Shown here piece after piece: positions 33,563-43,210 of a DNA stretch of 50,385 bases (position 1 is its first letter; each line of letters begins with the position of its first letter). Under the pieces are notes generated by a model. It was not told the origin of the DNA, ran no database searches, and saw only the letters and a program-made list of their open reading frames with translations. This DNA is from Myxococcota bacterium (GTDB lineage Bacteria > Myxococcota_A > UBA9042 > PHBI01 > JAWLBL01): contig JAWLBL010000041.1 of NCBI GenBank assembly GCA_041687695.1, positions 1 to 50,385 on the forward strand, read 5' to 3'. The position numbers were made by a program, and so were the translations under genes.

Positions 33563-36508
33563 ATGAAGACGAAGTGGTGGCCCCGTGGGGTGGCCGCGAT
33601 GTGTGCTGCGGCGGGCATGATGCTCTTGACCGGTCAGGCCTCGGCGATGCCGAGCCAGATCAGCGTCCAGGGGCAGCTGCGCAACGCGGCGGGACCGGCG
33701 TCGGACGGGGTCTACGGGATCACGTTCACGCTCTACACGGCTCAGTCGGGCGGTAGCACGGTCTGGAGCGAGACCCAATCGACGGTCTCGGTGTCCAGCG
33801 GCCTGTTCGCCACCTACCTCGGTGTCGACGAGCTGAACCCGCTGCTGGTCGACCACTTCAAGGACAACGCCCAGGTGTGGCTGGGCATCACGGTCGAGAC
33901 CGGCCCCGGCGTCCCGGTGGGCGGCGAGGCCGAGCTGCCGCGCCAGATGCTGACCAGCGTCGCCTACGCGTTCGTGGCCAAGCACGCCGACTTCGCGGCG
34001 ACGGCGGGGACGGCGGCCTCGGCGACGACGGCCGACTCGGCCACGACGGCGACGACGGCGGGTCACGCCAACACGGCGGACTCGGCGACGACGGCGGGCT
34101 CGGCGGACTACGCGACCACGGCCGGCAGCGCGATCAGCGCCACGACGGCGGGTCACGCGACCACGGCCGACTCGGCGACGACGGCGACCACCGCGACGAC
34201 GGCGACCACCGCCAACGGGCTGAACTGCACGGCCTGCGTGTCGCTGAGCGAGCTGGACTTCGACCCGGTCACCCAGTCCGAGCTGGCGGCCCTGCTGCCG
34301 ACCAGCGTCGACGGGATGAGCGGCGGCACCATCACCAGCTCGGTGACGGTGCAGGGCACGCTGGCGGCGACGGCGGTCACCCAGAACGGCAACGAGGTCT
34401 GCGACAAGTCGGGCAACTGCGGCCCGACCCTGGCCGGCCTGGGCTGCACGACCGACCAGGTCGCCAAGTTCGACGGCTCCGCCTGGGTGTGCGCCGACAT
34501 GGCGGCGGCCGGCGCGCCGGGCGAGGCCTGCGACGGCATCGGGCAGGCCCTGCAGTGGGACGGCACCGAGTGGCAGTGCGTGCGCGTCGAGCACACGGGC
34601 CTGAGCGCCGGCAAGGCCAACGGCTACGAGCTGACCGACGACTGGGGCTTCGTGTGGGACGGCATCCAGCGCGGCGCCAAGAGCTGGAGCGACGCCAAGG
34701 TCCAGTGCGAGAGCGTGGGCGGCCGCCTGCCGACCGCGACCGAGCTGTGGCGCAACAACGCCGCCAACGGCACCGGCAACCTCGGTGACAACAACTCCAA
34801 CGCGTACCTGTGGACGCTGAACCCGAACTACCAGGCCAACCGGCGCTACGTCGTCCGCCTGAACGACGGCGCGATCAGCAACGACGTCGAGACCAACAGC
34901 TACGCCTTCCGCTGCGTGTGGCCCGACGAGGCGTCGGACGCCTTCACGGGCGACAACTGCTTCGGCGCGCCGGGCAACGCCTGCCAGCCGTTCAACCGGT
35001 GGTTCAACGTCGACACCCGCGACCGCGCGCCGATCGACTGGGTGGGCGCGAACTTCGAGTGCAACTTCCACAACGGCTCGCTGCCGACCGGGCGCGACTT
35101 CCAGGAGCTGGTCCAGGGCGGCTGGGCCAACGGCACCAACAGCTGGCTGCACTTCGCCGACGCCTTCGACGGCTACAACAGCACGCAGAACCACACGGGC
35201 GTGGGCAAGTGGAGCGGCGACGGCAAGGTCAACTGGGGCTTCGACGCCGGCACCGACGGCACGGTGGTCTGGCCGTACAACAACTACCGCTTCCGCTGCA
35301 TCGGCAAGCGCGACGCGGGTGAGGGCGTGCTGCCCGAGGAGCCGGCCTGCCAGGGCGAGTGCTTCACGCTGACCAAGCGCGCCTCGCGCATCATCGCCGA
35401 CAACGCGGACCGCGCGGCGGCGACCTACAAGGACGCGGCCGAGACCTGCCGCCTGCTCGGCGGCGGCCTGCCGACGGTCAACCAGGTCACCGAGCTCATC
35501 CACCAGGGCTGGGAGAACGGCTCGAACAACTGGCTGTGGAACGAGGAGACCATCTACTGGTACAGCGGCGGCTACGGCTACCAGATCTACCGCTGGTCCG
35601 GCGGCGCCAACCCGCGCTGGTACCCGGCCTACAGCACCTACACGACGATGTCGGGCCCGACCGGGTCGTACGCCTACCGCTGCATCTGGAACGAGACCTT
35701 CGAGGACAGCCCGACGGTCTGCGCGGCCAACGAGAACCAGATGTGGGACGGCGCGGCGTTCAGCTGCGAGGCGGCCGTCAACGGCGACTCGGGCGGCAAG
35801 GCCAACCCGGGCATCCAGATCGTCGACGCGTGGGGCAACGCCTGGGACGTCATCCAGCGCGGCTCGGACACCTACGCCAACGCCAAGGCGACCTGCGAGG
35901 GCTTCGGCGGCCGCCTGCCGACGCCGACCGAGATCTGGCGCGTCCGCTCGAACCAGAGCATCGCGACCAGCATCGGCGACGTGAACTCGACGTCGTACCT
36001 GTGGACCAACATGCCGGAGTACCGCGACAACTACCGGACCGCGCTGCGCGTCAGCGACGGCGCGGCGACCGCCTACGTCGCGACCGCGACCACGCCCTTC
36101 CGCTGCATCTGGCCGACCACCAAGGGCGACGCCTTCGGCGGCCGCTCGTGCTACGCGGCGGCGGGCGCTGGCTGCTTCCAGTCGGGTCACCTGCGCTGGG
36201 ACCGCTACGACCGCCCCGCGGTCTCGCAGCCCACGGCCGCGGCCGAGTGCGCCTTCTACGGCGGCCGCCTCGCCAAGAGCGAGGAGTTCCTGCAGCTGGT
36301 CCACGCGGGCTCGCCCAACGGCAGCAACAGCTGGCTGTGGATGAACGAGCCGACCTACTGGTACAGCGGTGCCTACGGCTACGCCATCGCCCGCTGGAGC
36401 GGCGTCGGCAACACGGGCTGGGCCTACGACAACGGCACCTACGGCTCGCTGACCGGCGAGGGTAGCTACTACTACTTCCGCTGCGTCTTCTCGGACCTCA
36501 TCGAGTAG
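33563..36508 (+). CDS. Secreted fibre-like adhesin 1 with Thr/Ala repeats and five C-type-lectin-like (DUF1566/Lcl-like) domains
   Basis: Signal peptide ending ASA; QGQLRN...TFTLY...GG..VW.E...GLF...LG...PRQMLTSVAYA N-domain; TADSA/TAGHA repeats; five A...C...GG.LPT...W...[FY]RC units. Confidence 0.8.
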   Translation: MKTKWWPRGVAAMCAAAGMMLLTGQASAMPSQISVQGQLRNAAGPASDGVYGITFTLYTAQSGGSTVWSETQSTVSVSSGLFATYLGVDELNPLLVDHFKDNAQVWLGITVETGPGVPVGGEAELPRQMLTSVAYAFVAKHADFAATAGTAASATTADSATTATTAGHANTADSATTAGSADYATTAGSAISATTAGHATTADSATTATTATTATTANGLNCTACVSLSELDFDPVTQSELAALLPTSVDGMSGGTITSSVTVQGTLAATAVTQNGNEVCDKSGNCGPTLAGLGCTTDQVAKFDGSAWVCADMAAAGAPGEACDGIGQALQWDGTEWQCVRVEHTGLSAGKANGYELTDDWGFVWDGIQRGAKSWSDAKVQCESVGGRLPTATELWRNNAANGTGNLGDNNSNAYLWTLNPNYQANRRYVVRLNDGAISNDVETNSYAFRCVWPDEASDAFTGDNCFGAPGNACQPFNRWFNVDTRDRAPIDWVGANFECNFHNGSLPTGRDFQELVQGGWANGTNSWLHFADAFDGYNSTQNHTGVGKWSGDGKVNWGFDAGTDGTVVWPYNNYRFRCIGKRDAGEGVLPEEPACQGECFTLTKRASRIIADNADRAAATYKDAAETCRLLGGGLPTVNQVTELIHQGWENGSNNWLWNEETIYWYSGGYGYQIYRWSGGANPRWYPAYSTYTTMSGPTGSYAYRCIWNETFEDSPTVCAANENQMWDGAAFSCEAAVNGDSGGKANPGIQIVDAWGNAWDVIQRGSDTYANAKATCEGFGGRLPTPTEIWRVRSNQSIATSIGDVNSTSYLWTNMPEYRDNYRTALRVSDGAATAYVATATTPFRCIWPTTKGDAFGGRSCYAAAGAGCFQSGHLRWDRYDRPAVSQPTAAAECAFYGGRLAKSEEFLQLVHAGSPNGSNSWLWMNEPTYWYSGAYGYAIARWSGVGNTGWAYDNGTYGSLTGEGSYYYFRCVFSDLIE

Positions 36509-36520
36509 CGGCCGGCGACG

Positions 36521-36555
36521 GCGGCGGGGCTCGGTTCGACGCCGATCCCCGCCGC
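36521..36555 (+). other. Conserved intergenic hairpin after fibre gene 1
   Basis: GCGGCGGGGcTCGGT-tcgac-GCCGAtCCCCGCCGC; homologous hairpin at 46170-46200. Confidence 0.6.
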
Positions 36556-36635
36556 GTTCGCCCCGCCCCGATCTCCTCTCCCTTCCTTTCTCTCTCCGAC
36601 CCCCTAGGTAGCTGGCGACGAGCGGAGGTGACGCC

Positions 36636-39600
36636 ATGCGGACGCGATCCGTCTTGCGTATGGGATTCGTGCGTTTGCTGCCCCTGGCCCTGGCCCTGGC
36701 TGGCGCCGCGGCCTGCGGCGACGACGCCAAGCCGGCGGGGTCGGGTGACACCGGCATCGACGCGACGGGCGACGCGGGCAAGGGCGACGACGTCGCCGAG
36801 GACGCGGCCACGCCCGGGGACGCCGCCGACGCGGACGCCGGCGACCGTTGCCAGAGCAGCCCGCTGCCCCACGACTGCGTGTGCTCGCAGGGGCAGGACT
36901 GCGAGTCGGGGTATTGCGTCCTGACCAAGGCCGGCAAGGCCTGCGCGCGGACCTGCGTCGAGAGCGCGGACTGCGCCGCCGGCTACTCGTGCCAGCCGAC
37001 CGGCGAGGGCGGCGACGTGGTCTACCTGTGCGTGCAGGCGACGGCGCTGCTGTGCCGGCCGTGCCATGACCACGACGACTGCGCCTGGGCCGGCGCCGGC
37101 GGCACCGGGCAGTGCCTGCCGTACGCCGGCGGCAGCTCGTTCTGCGGCATCGCCTGTGACGAGAGCAACCCGTGCCCGAACGCCTACAAGTGCGAGGCCG
37201 GCCAGTGCGTCAACCAGCTGGGGGTGTGCGAGTGCACCGGCCTGCACAAGGATCTCGGCGCCTCGACCAGCTGCAAGGTCACCAACACCCACGGCACCTG
37301 CTACGGCACGCGCGTGTGCGCCGAGGACGGGCTGACCGCCTGTGACGCCAAGACGCCCGCCCAGGAGGTCTGCGACGGCCTCGACAACGACTGCGACGGG
37401 GTGACCGACGAGGTCACGGCCAAGGACTGCCTGGTCGAGAACGCCTTCGGCAAGTGCAAGGGCCAGCTGGTCTGCACGGGCGGCGCCTTCGTCTGCGAGG
37501 GCCCGGAGGCGGCCGCCGAGGCCTGCGACGGCCTCGACAACGACTGCGACGGCCAGACGGACGAGGGGTTCTCGGATCTGGACGGCGACGGGACCATGGA
37601 CTGCGTCGACCCCGACGACGACGGCGACGGCGTGCCCGACGGCGTCGACAACTGCCCCATCGTGGCGAACCCGAACCAGACCGACACCGACGGCGACGGG
37701 CTGGGGGACGCGTGCGACGCCGACGACGACGGCGACGGCGTGCCGGACGAGCTCGACTGCGCGCCGCTCATCAAGCTCATCCACCCGTTCGCGGTCGAGG
37801 TCTGCGACGGGTTCGACAACGACTGCGACGGCCAGACGGACGAGGGCACCTGCAGCGACGGCGACCCGTGCACCGACGACGTGTGCGACCCGGCGGCGGG
37901 CTGCCAGTTCCCGCACAACGCGGCGCCCTGCAACGACGGCAACCCCTGCACCGACGGCGACCAGTGCACGCTGGGGGTGTGCGCCGGCCTGTTCAAGGAC
38001 TGCGACGACGGCAACCCCTGCACGGCCGACACCTGCGACCCGGTGCAGGGCTGCAAGGCGACGGCGCTGACCGGGCCGTGCGACGACGGCGACCCCTGCA
38101 CCGTGGGCGAGCAGTGCGGGCCGCAGGGCTGCCTCGGCGTGGCCAAGGTGTGCGACGACGGGGACCCGTGCACCGCCGACGCGTGCGACGCGGCCAGCGG
38201 CGGCTGCGTGTTCGCGCCCGCGAGCGGGGCGAGCTGCGACGACGGCAACGGGTGCACGGCCGGCGACGTGTGCGTGGACGGCGCCTGCGTGGGCGACGAC
38301 GCCGGCTGCGACTGCGAGACCGACGCCGACTGCGCAGCGAGCGAGGACGGCAACCTGTGCAACGGGACGCTGCGTTGCGTGACCACGGCCGGCGTCTCGA
38401 AGTGCGAGGTCGATCCGGCGACGATCGTCGTGTGCGAGCTGCCCGACGGCCTCGACGGGGCCTGCGCCTCGGTCGCGTGCCAGCCCGAGACCGGCGCCTG
38501 CGTGGTCACCGAGCAGGGGGACGGCGTCAGCTGCGACGACGCGGACGCCTGCACGTCGGGCGACGTCTGCCAGGCGGGCGCCTGCGCGGGCGAGGCCGTG
38601 CTGTGCGACGACGGCAACCCCTGCACGACCGACGTGTGCGACGCCGTCGCGGGCTGCCAGTACCAGGCGGTGACGGGCTTCAAGGCCTGCGACGACGGCA
38701 ACCCGTGCACCCTGGCCGACGCCTGCACCAACGGCTTCTGCCTCGGCGGGGCGCCGCTGAGCTGCGACGACGGCAAGCCCTGCACGGTCGACGCCTGCGA
38801 CCCGGCCAGCGGGTGCACCAACACGCCGAGCGACGGCCCCTGCAGCGACGGGGACGCCTGCACGACGGGCGACGCCTGCAGCGAGGGCGCCTGCGTCGGC
38901 GTGCCGGCCAGCTGCGACGACGGCAACCCCTGCACCATCGACACCTGCGACGAGACCCTGGGCTGCGTACACACGGTGGCGCCCGGCTTCGTGCCGTGCG
39001 ACGACGGCGACGCGTGCACCGTCAACGACCAGTGCTCGAGCGGGTTCTGCGGCGGCCAGCCGGGCCCGGCCTGCGACGACGGCAACCCGTGCACCGACGA
39101 CGCGTGCGACCCGGCCGTGGGCTGCGTCTTCGCGCCGAACACGGCGCCGTGCGACGACGGCGTGGCGTGCACGGGCGGCGACACCTGCGCGGACGGGGTC
39201 TGCGCGGGCGAGGACATCGGGTGCGACTGCACGGTCGACACCGACTGCGCGGCCTTCGAGGACGGCGACCTGTGCAACGGCACGCTGTACTGCGACACGA
39301 CCGCGGCGCCGTTTGCGTGCAAGGTCGACCCGCTGACCGTCGTGACCTGCCAGCTGGGCGCTGGCGACAACGCGACCTGCCTGACGGCGACCTGCGACCC
39401 CGGGACCGGCCAGTGCGGCACCGAGCCCCAGAACGAGGGCGCCGGCTGCAGCGACGGCGACGCGTGCACCAGCGGCGACACCTGCGCGGCCGGCGCGTGC
39501 GTGGGCGCGGCGGTGACCTGCGACGACGGTAACCCGTGTACGACGGACAGCTGCGATTCGGCCCAGGGCTGCCAGGCGACCGCCATCACGACCTTCAAGC

Positions 39601-40670
39601 TGTGCGACGACGGCGACGCCTGCACGGTCAACGACGCGTGCCAGAGCGGCTTCTGCGTCGGCACCGGGGCCGTGACCTGCGACGACGGCAACCCGTGCAC
39701 GACCGACGTGTGCGACCCGTCGGTCGGGTGCCTGTACCTGCCCAACACGCTGTCGTGCGACGACGGCGACCCGTGCACGGTCGGCGACGTCTGCGGCGAC
39801 GGCACCTGCGCCGGCGCGGCGATGGACTGCTCGGGCCAGGACGACGCCTGCAACGTCGGCGTGTGCGTCGGTGGCGGCTGCGTCCAGGCGCCCTCGGGCA
39901 GCGGGCCGTGCGACGACGGGGACGCCTGCACCAGCGGCGACGCGTGCTCGGACGGCGTGTGCGTCGGCGCGGCGGTGGTCTGCGACGACGGCAACCCGTG
40001 CACCGCCGACGCCTGCGACCCCGCCCAGGGGTGCGTGGCGCCGCCGGTGAGCGGCGTGGTCGCCTGCGACGACGGCGACGCCTGCACGACCGCGGACACC
40101 TGCTCGGGCGGCGCGTGCGTCGGCGGCGCCGCGCCCGACTGCGACGATGGCAACCCGTGCACGACCGACACTTGCGACGCGGCGCTCGGGTGCGTCCACG
40201 CGGCCAACACGCTGTCGTGCGACGACGGCGACCCGTGCACCGTCGGCGACGTGTGCGGCGGCGGGACGTGCGGCGGCAGCGCGATCGACTGCTCGGGCGA
40301 GGACGACGCCTGCAACGTGGGCGTGTGCGTGGACGGCGCCTGCCAGCCGTCGCCGGTGGACGGCCCGTGCGACGACGGGGACGCCTGCACGGTGGCGGAC
40401 GCCTGCGCGGCCGGGGCGTGCCTCGGTCAGGCGATGGACTGCACGGACTTCGACGGGCCGTGCTCGGTGGGGGCCTGCGTCGACGGCGGCTGCGTGGCCG
40501 AGCCGGTCGTCTGCGGCGTCAGCGAGGTGCGCTGGCAGACCCCCGCGGCCGGGTTCGGGCAGGCGGGCGCCGGGACCCTGTGGTTCGTGGGCAGCGTGGG
40601 TCACGGGCAGCCGGTGGGCGTCAGCGCCGGCGGCGGCCGCACGGTGGTCTTGGGGTTCCACACGCCCTGA
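36636..40670 (+). CDS. Cys/Asp-rich repeat lipoprotein B1 (1344 aa)
   Basis: GGAGG RBS; lipobox AAAC; three E[VA]CDGxDNDCDG motifs; TSP3-like repeats; long CDDG[ND][PA]CT array; shared C-terminal domain. Confidence 0.9.
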   Translation: MRTRSVLRMGFVRLLPLALALAGAAACGDDAKPAGSGDTGIDATGDAGKGDDVAEDAATPGDAADADAGDRCQSSPLPHDCVCSQGQDCESGYCVLTKAGKACARTCVESADCAAGYSCQPTGEGGDVVYLCVQATALLCRPCHDHDDCAWAGAGGTGQCLPYAGGSSFCGIACDESNPCPNAYKCEAGQCVNQLGVCECTGLHKDLGASTSCKVTNTHGTCYGTRVCAEDGLTACDAKTPAQEVCDGLDNDCDGVTDEVTAKDCLVENAFGKCKGQLVCTGGAFVCEGPEAAAEACDGLDNDCDGQTDEGFSDLDGDGTMDCVDPDDDGDGVPDGVDNCPIVANPNQTDTDGDGLGDACDADDDGDGVPDELDCAPLIKLIHPFAVEVCDGFDNDCDGQTDEGTCSDGDPCTDDVCDPAAGCQFPHNAAPCNDGNPCTDGDQCTLGVCAGLFKDCDDGNPCTADTCDPVQGCKATALTGPCDDGDPCTVGEQCGPQGCLGVAKVCDDGDPCTADACDAASGGCVFAPASGASCDDGNGCTAGDVCVDGACVGDDAGCDCETDADCAASEDGNLCNGTLRCVTTAGVSKCEVDPATIVVCELPDGLDGACASVACQPETGACVVTEQGDGVSCDDADACTSGDVCQAGACAGEAVLCDDGNPCTTDVCDAVAGCQYQAVTGFKACDDGNPCTLADACTNGFCLGGAPLSCDDGKPCTVDACDPASGCTNTPSDGPCSDGDACTTGDACSEGACVGVPASCDDGNPCTIDTCDETLGCVHTVAPGFVPCDDGDACTVNDQCSSGFCGGQPGPACDDGNPCTDDACDPAVGCVFAPNTAPCDDGVACTGGDTCADGVCAGEDIGCDCTVDTDCAAFEDGDLCNGTLYCDTTAAPFACKVDPLTVVTCQLGAGDNATCLTATCDPGTGQCGTEPQNEGAGCSDGDACTSGDTCAAGACVGAAVTCDDGNPCTTDSCDSAQGCQATAITTFKLCDDGDACTVNDACQSGFCVGTGAVTCDDGNPCTTDVCDPSVGCLYLPNTLSCDDGDPCTVGDVCGDGTCAGAAMDCSGQDDACNVGVCVGGGCVQAPSGSGPCDDGDACTSGDACSDGVCVGAAVVCDDGNPCTADACDPAQGCVAPPVSGVVACDDGDACTTADTCSGGACVGGAAPDCDDGNPCTTDTCDAALGCVHAANTLSCDDGDPCTVGDVCGGGTCGGSAIDCSGEDDACNVGVCVDGACQPSPVDGPCDDGDACTVADACAAGACLGQAMDCTDFDGPCSVGACVDGGCVAEPVVCGVSEVRWQTPAAGFGQAGAGTLWFVGSVGHGQPVGVSAGGGRTVVLGFHTP

Positions 40671-40862
40671 GCCGACCGGCAGCGACGCTTGTTCGCGCGC
40701 GCGGCGGGGCCTCCCAGCTCCGGCCGCGCGCGCGTGTGCGACCGACGACGGGGGGGCCCGCGAGCGACGAATGACGGCCGATTTCAGCGGCCGTAAGTTT
40801 GCGAATGTACTCCGGAATGCCGTCGGGTTTCGCGGGGCCGCGCTTTTGTCACCCGGGCCGGC

Positions 40863-40892
40863 TTGACAGTCGCGCGGCGCTGGCGGGACAGT
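40863..40892 (+). promoter_or_regulatory. Putative promoter of cassette 2
   Basis: TTGACA-18 nt-GACAGT; same geometry as at 31107. Confidence 0.5.
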
Positions 40893-40920
40893 CGCCCCAA
40901 TCAGCGTTGGCGAGGGTGTC

Positions 40921-43137
40921 GTGGGGGCGCCCGTCGTGGCCCAGCGGGGGCCGCGGTATGTCCGGGATGTGTCCGTGATGGGTATGTGCTTGTCTCGTGT
41001 GGGGGCCGTGGCGCTGGCGCTTTCGCTGGCGGCCGGGTGCGGGGGCGATGGGCCGGGCGACGGGTCGGGTGGCGACATCAACCTGGACGCCGGCAAGGAC
41101 GCGTCGCTCGAGGTCTTCGACGTCGACCCGGACGGCAGCGACGACGCCGACGCGCTCGAGCCCGACACGCTGGTCGATGTGACCGATGGCGCCGACGGGG
41201 ACGGCGACGTGCTGGGCGAGGTCGTCGACCCGTGCCTGGACGACCCGGGCGCCGCCGGCTGCGGCTGCGAGGACGGGGCGACCTGCGACTCGGGGGCGTG
41301 CCTGGACGGCGTCTGCGTCGCGTGGTGCGATGACGAGGGTGCCTGCGACGAGGGGACGGCCTGCCTGCAGCTCGGTGAGGACGGCGAGGCCGTCTGCGTG
41401 CCGGCCGCCGCGCTGTTCTGCCGGCCGTGCGTCAGCGACGACGAGTGTCAGCTGCCCGGGGGCGATTCCGTGGGCAAGTGCCTGCCCTACGGGGCGGACG
41501 GCGCCGAGGGCAGCTTCTGCGGCGTGGCCTGCGGGGGTGATGAGGACTGCCCGGCGGGCGCCGAGTGCGACGCGGGCCAGTGCCGCAGCCTCGAGGCCTG
41601 CGTGTGCACGGAGCTGTTCGTCGCCCTGGGGGCCGAGACGGTCTGCGCGGTCGTCAACGACTTCGGGGCCTGCGAGGGCGCGCTGGGCTGCGTCGAGGTC
41701 GGCCAGGCGGCGTGCGCCGCGCCGGCGCCAGCGGCCGAGACCTGCAACGAGATCGACGACGACTGCGACGGCGAGGTCGACGAGGACTGCGACGGCGACG
41801 GGATCGACAACCACAACGACAACTGCACGGAGATCCCCAACGCCGACCAGGCGGACCTGGACGGGGACGGGGCTGGCGACGCCTGCGACGGCGACATCGA
41901 CGGCGACGGCGTGCCCAACGATCAGGACTGCGAGCCTTACAACGCTGCGGTGTACCCCGGCGCGGCCGAGGTCTGCGACGGCGTCGACAACGACTGCGAC
42001 GGCGGGACCGACGACGCGCCCTGCGACGACGGGGACCCCTGCACGACGGACGACGCGTGCGTCGAGGGCGTCTGCGGCGGCACGCCGGGCGGCTGCGACT
42101 GCCAGGTCGACACGGACTGCGCGCTGCCGAGCGCCTACGACGCGGCGTGCGCGACGGTGGCCTGCGTCGACAACCTGTGCGTGGTCACGACGAACGATGG
42201 CGCGTGCGACGACGGGAACGCGTGCACGGTGGCCGACACCTGCGCGGCCGGCGCGTGCGTGGGCGCGGCGCTGACCTGCGACGACGGCGACCCGTGCACC
42301 GACGACGCCTGCGCTCCCGAGACCGGCTGCGTGACCACGCCGGCCGAGGTCTCGGTGGCCTGCGACGACGGCGACCCGTGCACCGACGGCGACACCTGCG
42401 CGGCGGGCGCGTGCGTCGGCGGGCCGCCGCTGAGCTGCGACGACGGCGACGCCTGCACGGTCGACAGCTGCATCGCGGGCTTCGGGTGCGCGACCAACAC
42501 GGCGGCGGACGGGACCTCGTGCGAGGACGGCGACGCCTGCACGACGGGCGACGCCTGCCAGGCCGGCGTGTGCGTGGGCGGCGGCGCGGTGGTCTGCGAC
42601 GACGGCGACCCGTGCACGGTCGACGCGTGCGACCCCGGGACCGGCTGCGTGCACGGGGCGCACACGGGCGCCTGCAACGACGGCGACGCCTGCACGACCA
42701 ACGACTCGTGCGCGACCGGGACCTGCATGGGCCAGCCGCTGGACTGCTCGGACCTGGACGGCGCCTGTGGCGTCGGCGTCTGCGTCGAGGGCGCCTGCCA
42801 GGTGCAGCCGGTCGGCGGCAGCTGCGACGACGGAGACCCCTGCACGGTGAACGACAGCTGCGTCGAGGGGCAGTGCGACGGCCAGGTGCTGGACTGCTCG
42901 GCGCTGGACGGGCCGTGCGGCATCGGGCGCTGCGTGCAGGGGCTGTGCGAGGTCGAGGCCATGCCGTGCGGGGTCTCGGGCGTGCGCTGGCACGTGCCGA
43001 CGACGGCGTTCGACGTGGCGCCGGGCGGCGGCGCGCTGGGGGCGCGAGGCAGCGCCGGGCACGCGGGCCCGGTGGGTGAGTCGAAGGGGTCGGGCCTGTC
43101 GGTCCGGTTCGGGTTCCACGCGGGGAGCACCCCGTAG
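40921..43137 (+). CDS. Cys/Asp-rich repeat lipoprotein A2 (paralog of A1)
   Basis: Lipobox AAGC; shares [24 protein letters not shown] and the repeat order with A1; start is GTG 40921 or ATG 40978. Confidence 0.88.
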   Translation: MGAPVVAQRGPRYVRDVSVMGMCLSRVGAVALALSLAAGCGGDGPGDGSGGDINLDAGKDASLEVFDVDPDGSDDADALEPDTLVDVTDGADGDGDVLGEVVDPCLDDPGAAGCGCEDGATCDSGACLDGVCVAWCDDEGACDEGTACLQLGEDGEAVCVPAAALFCRPCVSDDECQLPGGDSVGKCLPYGADGAEGSFCGVACGGDEDCPAGAECDAGQCRSLEACVCTELFVALGAETVCAVVNDFGACEGALGCVEVGQAACAAPAPAAETCNEIDDDCDGEVDEDCDGDGIDNHNDNCTEIPNADQADLDGDGAGDACDGDIDGDGVPNDQDCEPYNAAVYPGAAEVCDGVDNDCDGGTDDAPCDDGDPCTTDDACVEGVCGGTPGGCDCQVDTDCALPSAYDAACATVACVDNLCVVTTNDGACDDGNACTVADTCAAGACVGAALTCDDGDPCTDDACAPETGCVTTPAEVSVACDDGDPCTDGDTCAAGACVGGPPLSCDDGDACTVDSCIAGFGCATNTAADGTSCEDGDACTTGDACQAGVCVGGGAVVCDDGDPCTVDACDPGTGCVHGAHTGACNDGDACTTNDSCATGTCMGQPLDCSDLDGACGVGVCVEGACQVQPVGGSCDDGDPCTVNDSCVEGQCDGQVLDCSALDGPCGIGRCVQGLCEVEAMPCGVSGVRWHVPTTAFDVAPGGGALGARGSAGHAGPVGESKGSGLSVRFGFHAGSTP

Positions 43138-43210
43138 GGCGCCGTCGAGGGCGTCCGGTTCGGTCGAAGGCGTCTTGGGAGCGGGGCGAGAGTCCCTGAA
43201 GGAGCGCGTG

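Noticed and set aside
36300..36508. Diversity-generating retroelement target (lectin-fold C-terminus with AAC/TAC codons and a second similar copy)
   Set aside because: No reverse transcriptase or non-coding template repeat in the window. Differences between the two copies include third positions and non-adenine sites, so they are not adenine-specific. A trans-acting DGR elsewhere in the genome cannot be excluded.
33563..36508. Prophage tail-fibre gene
   Set aside because: It has a Sec signal peptide, host-like codon usage and lipoprotein neighbours; no phage structural, integrase or lysis genes are present.
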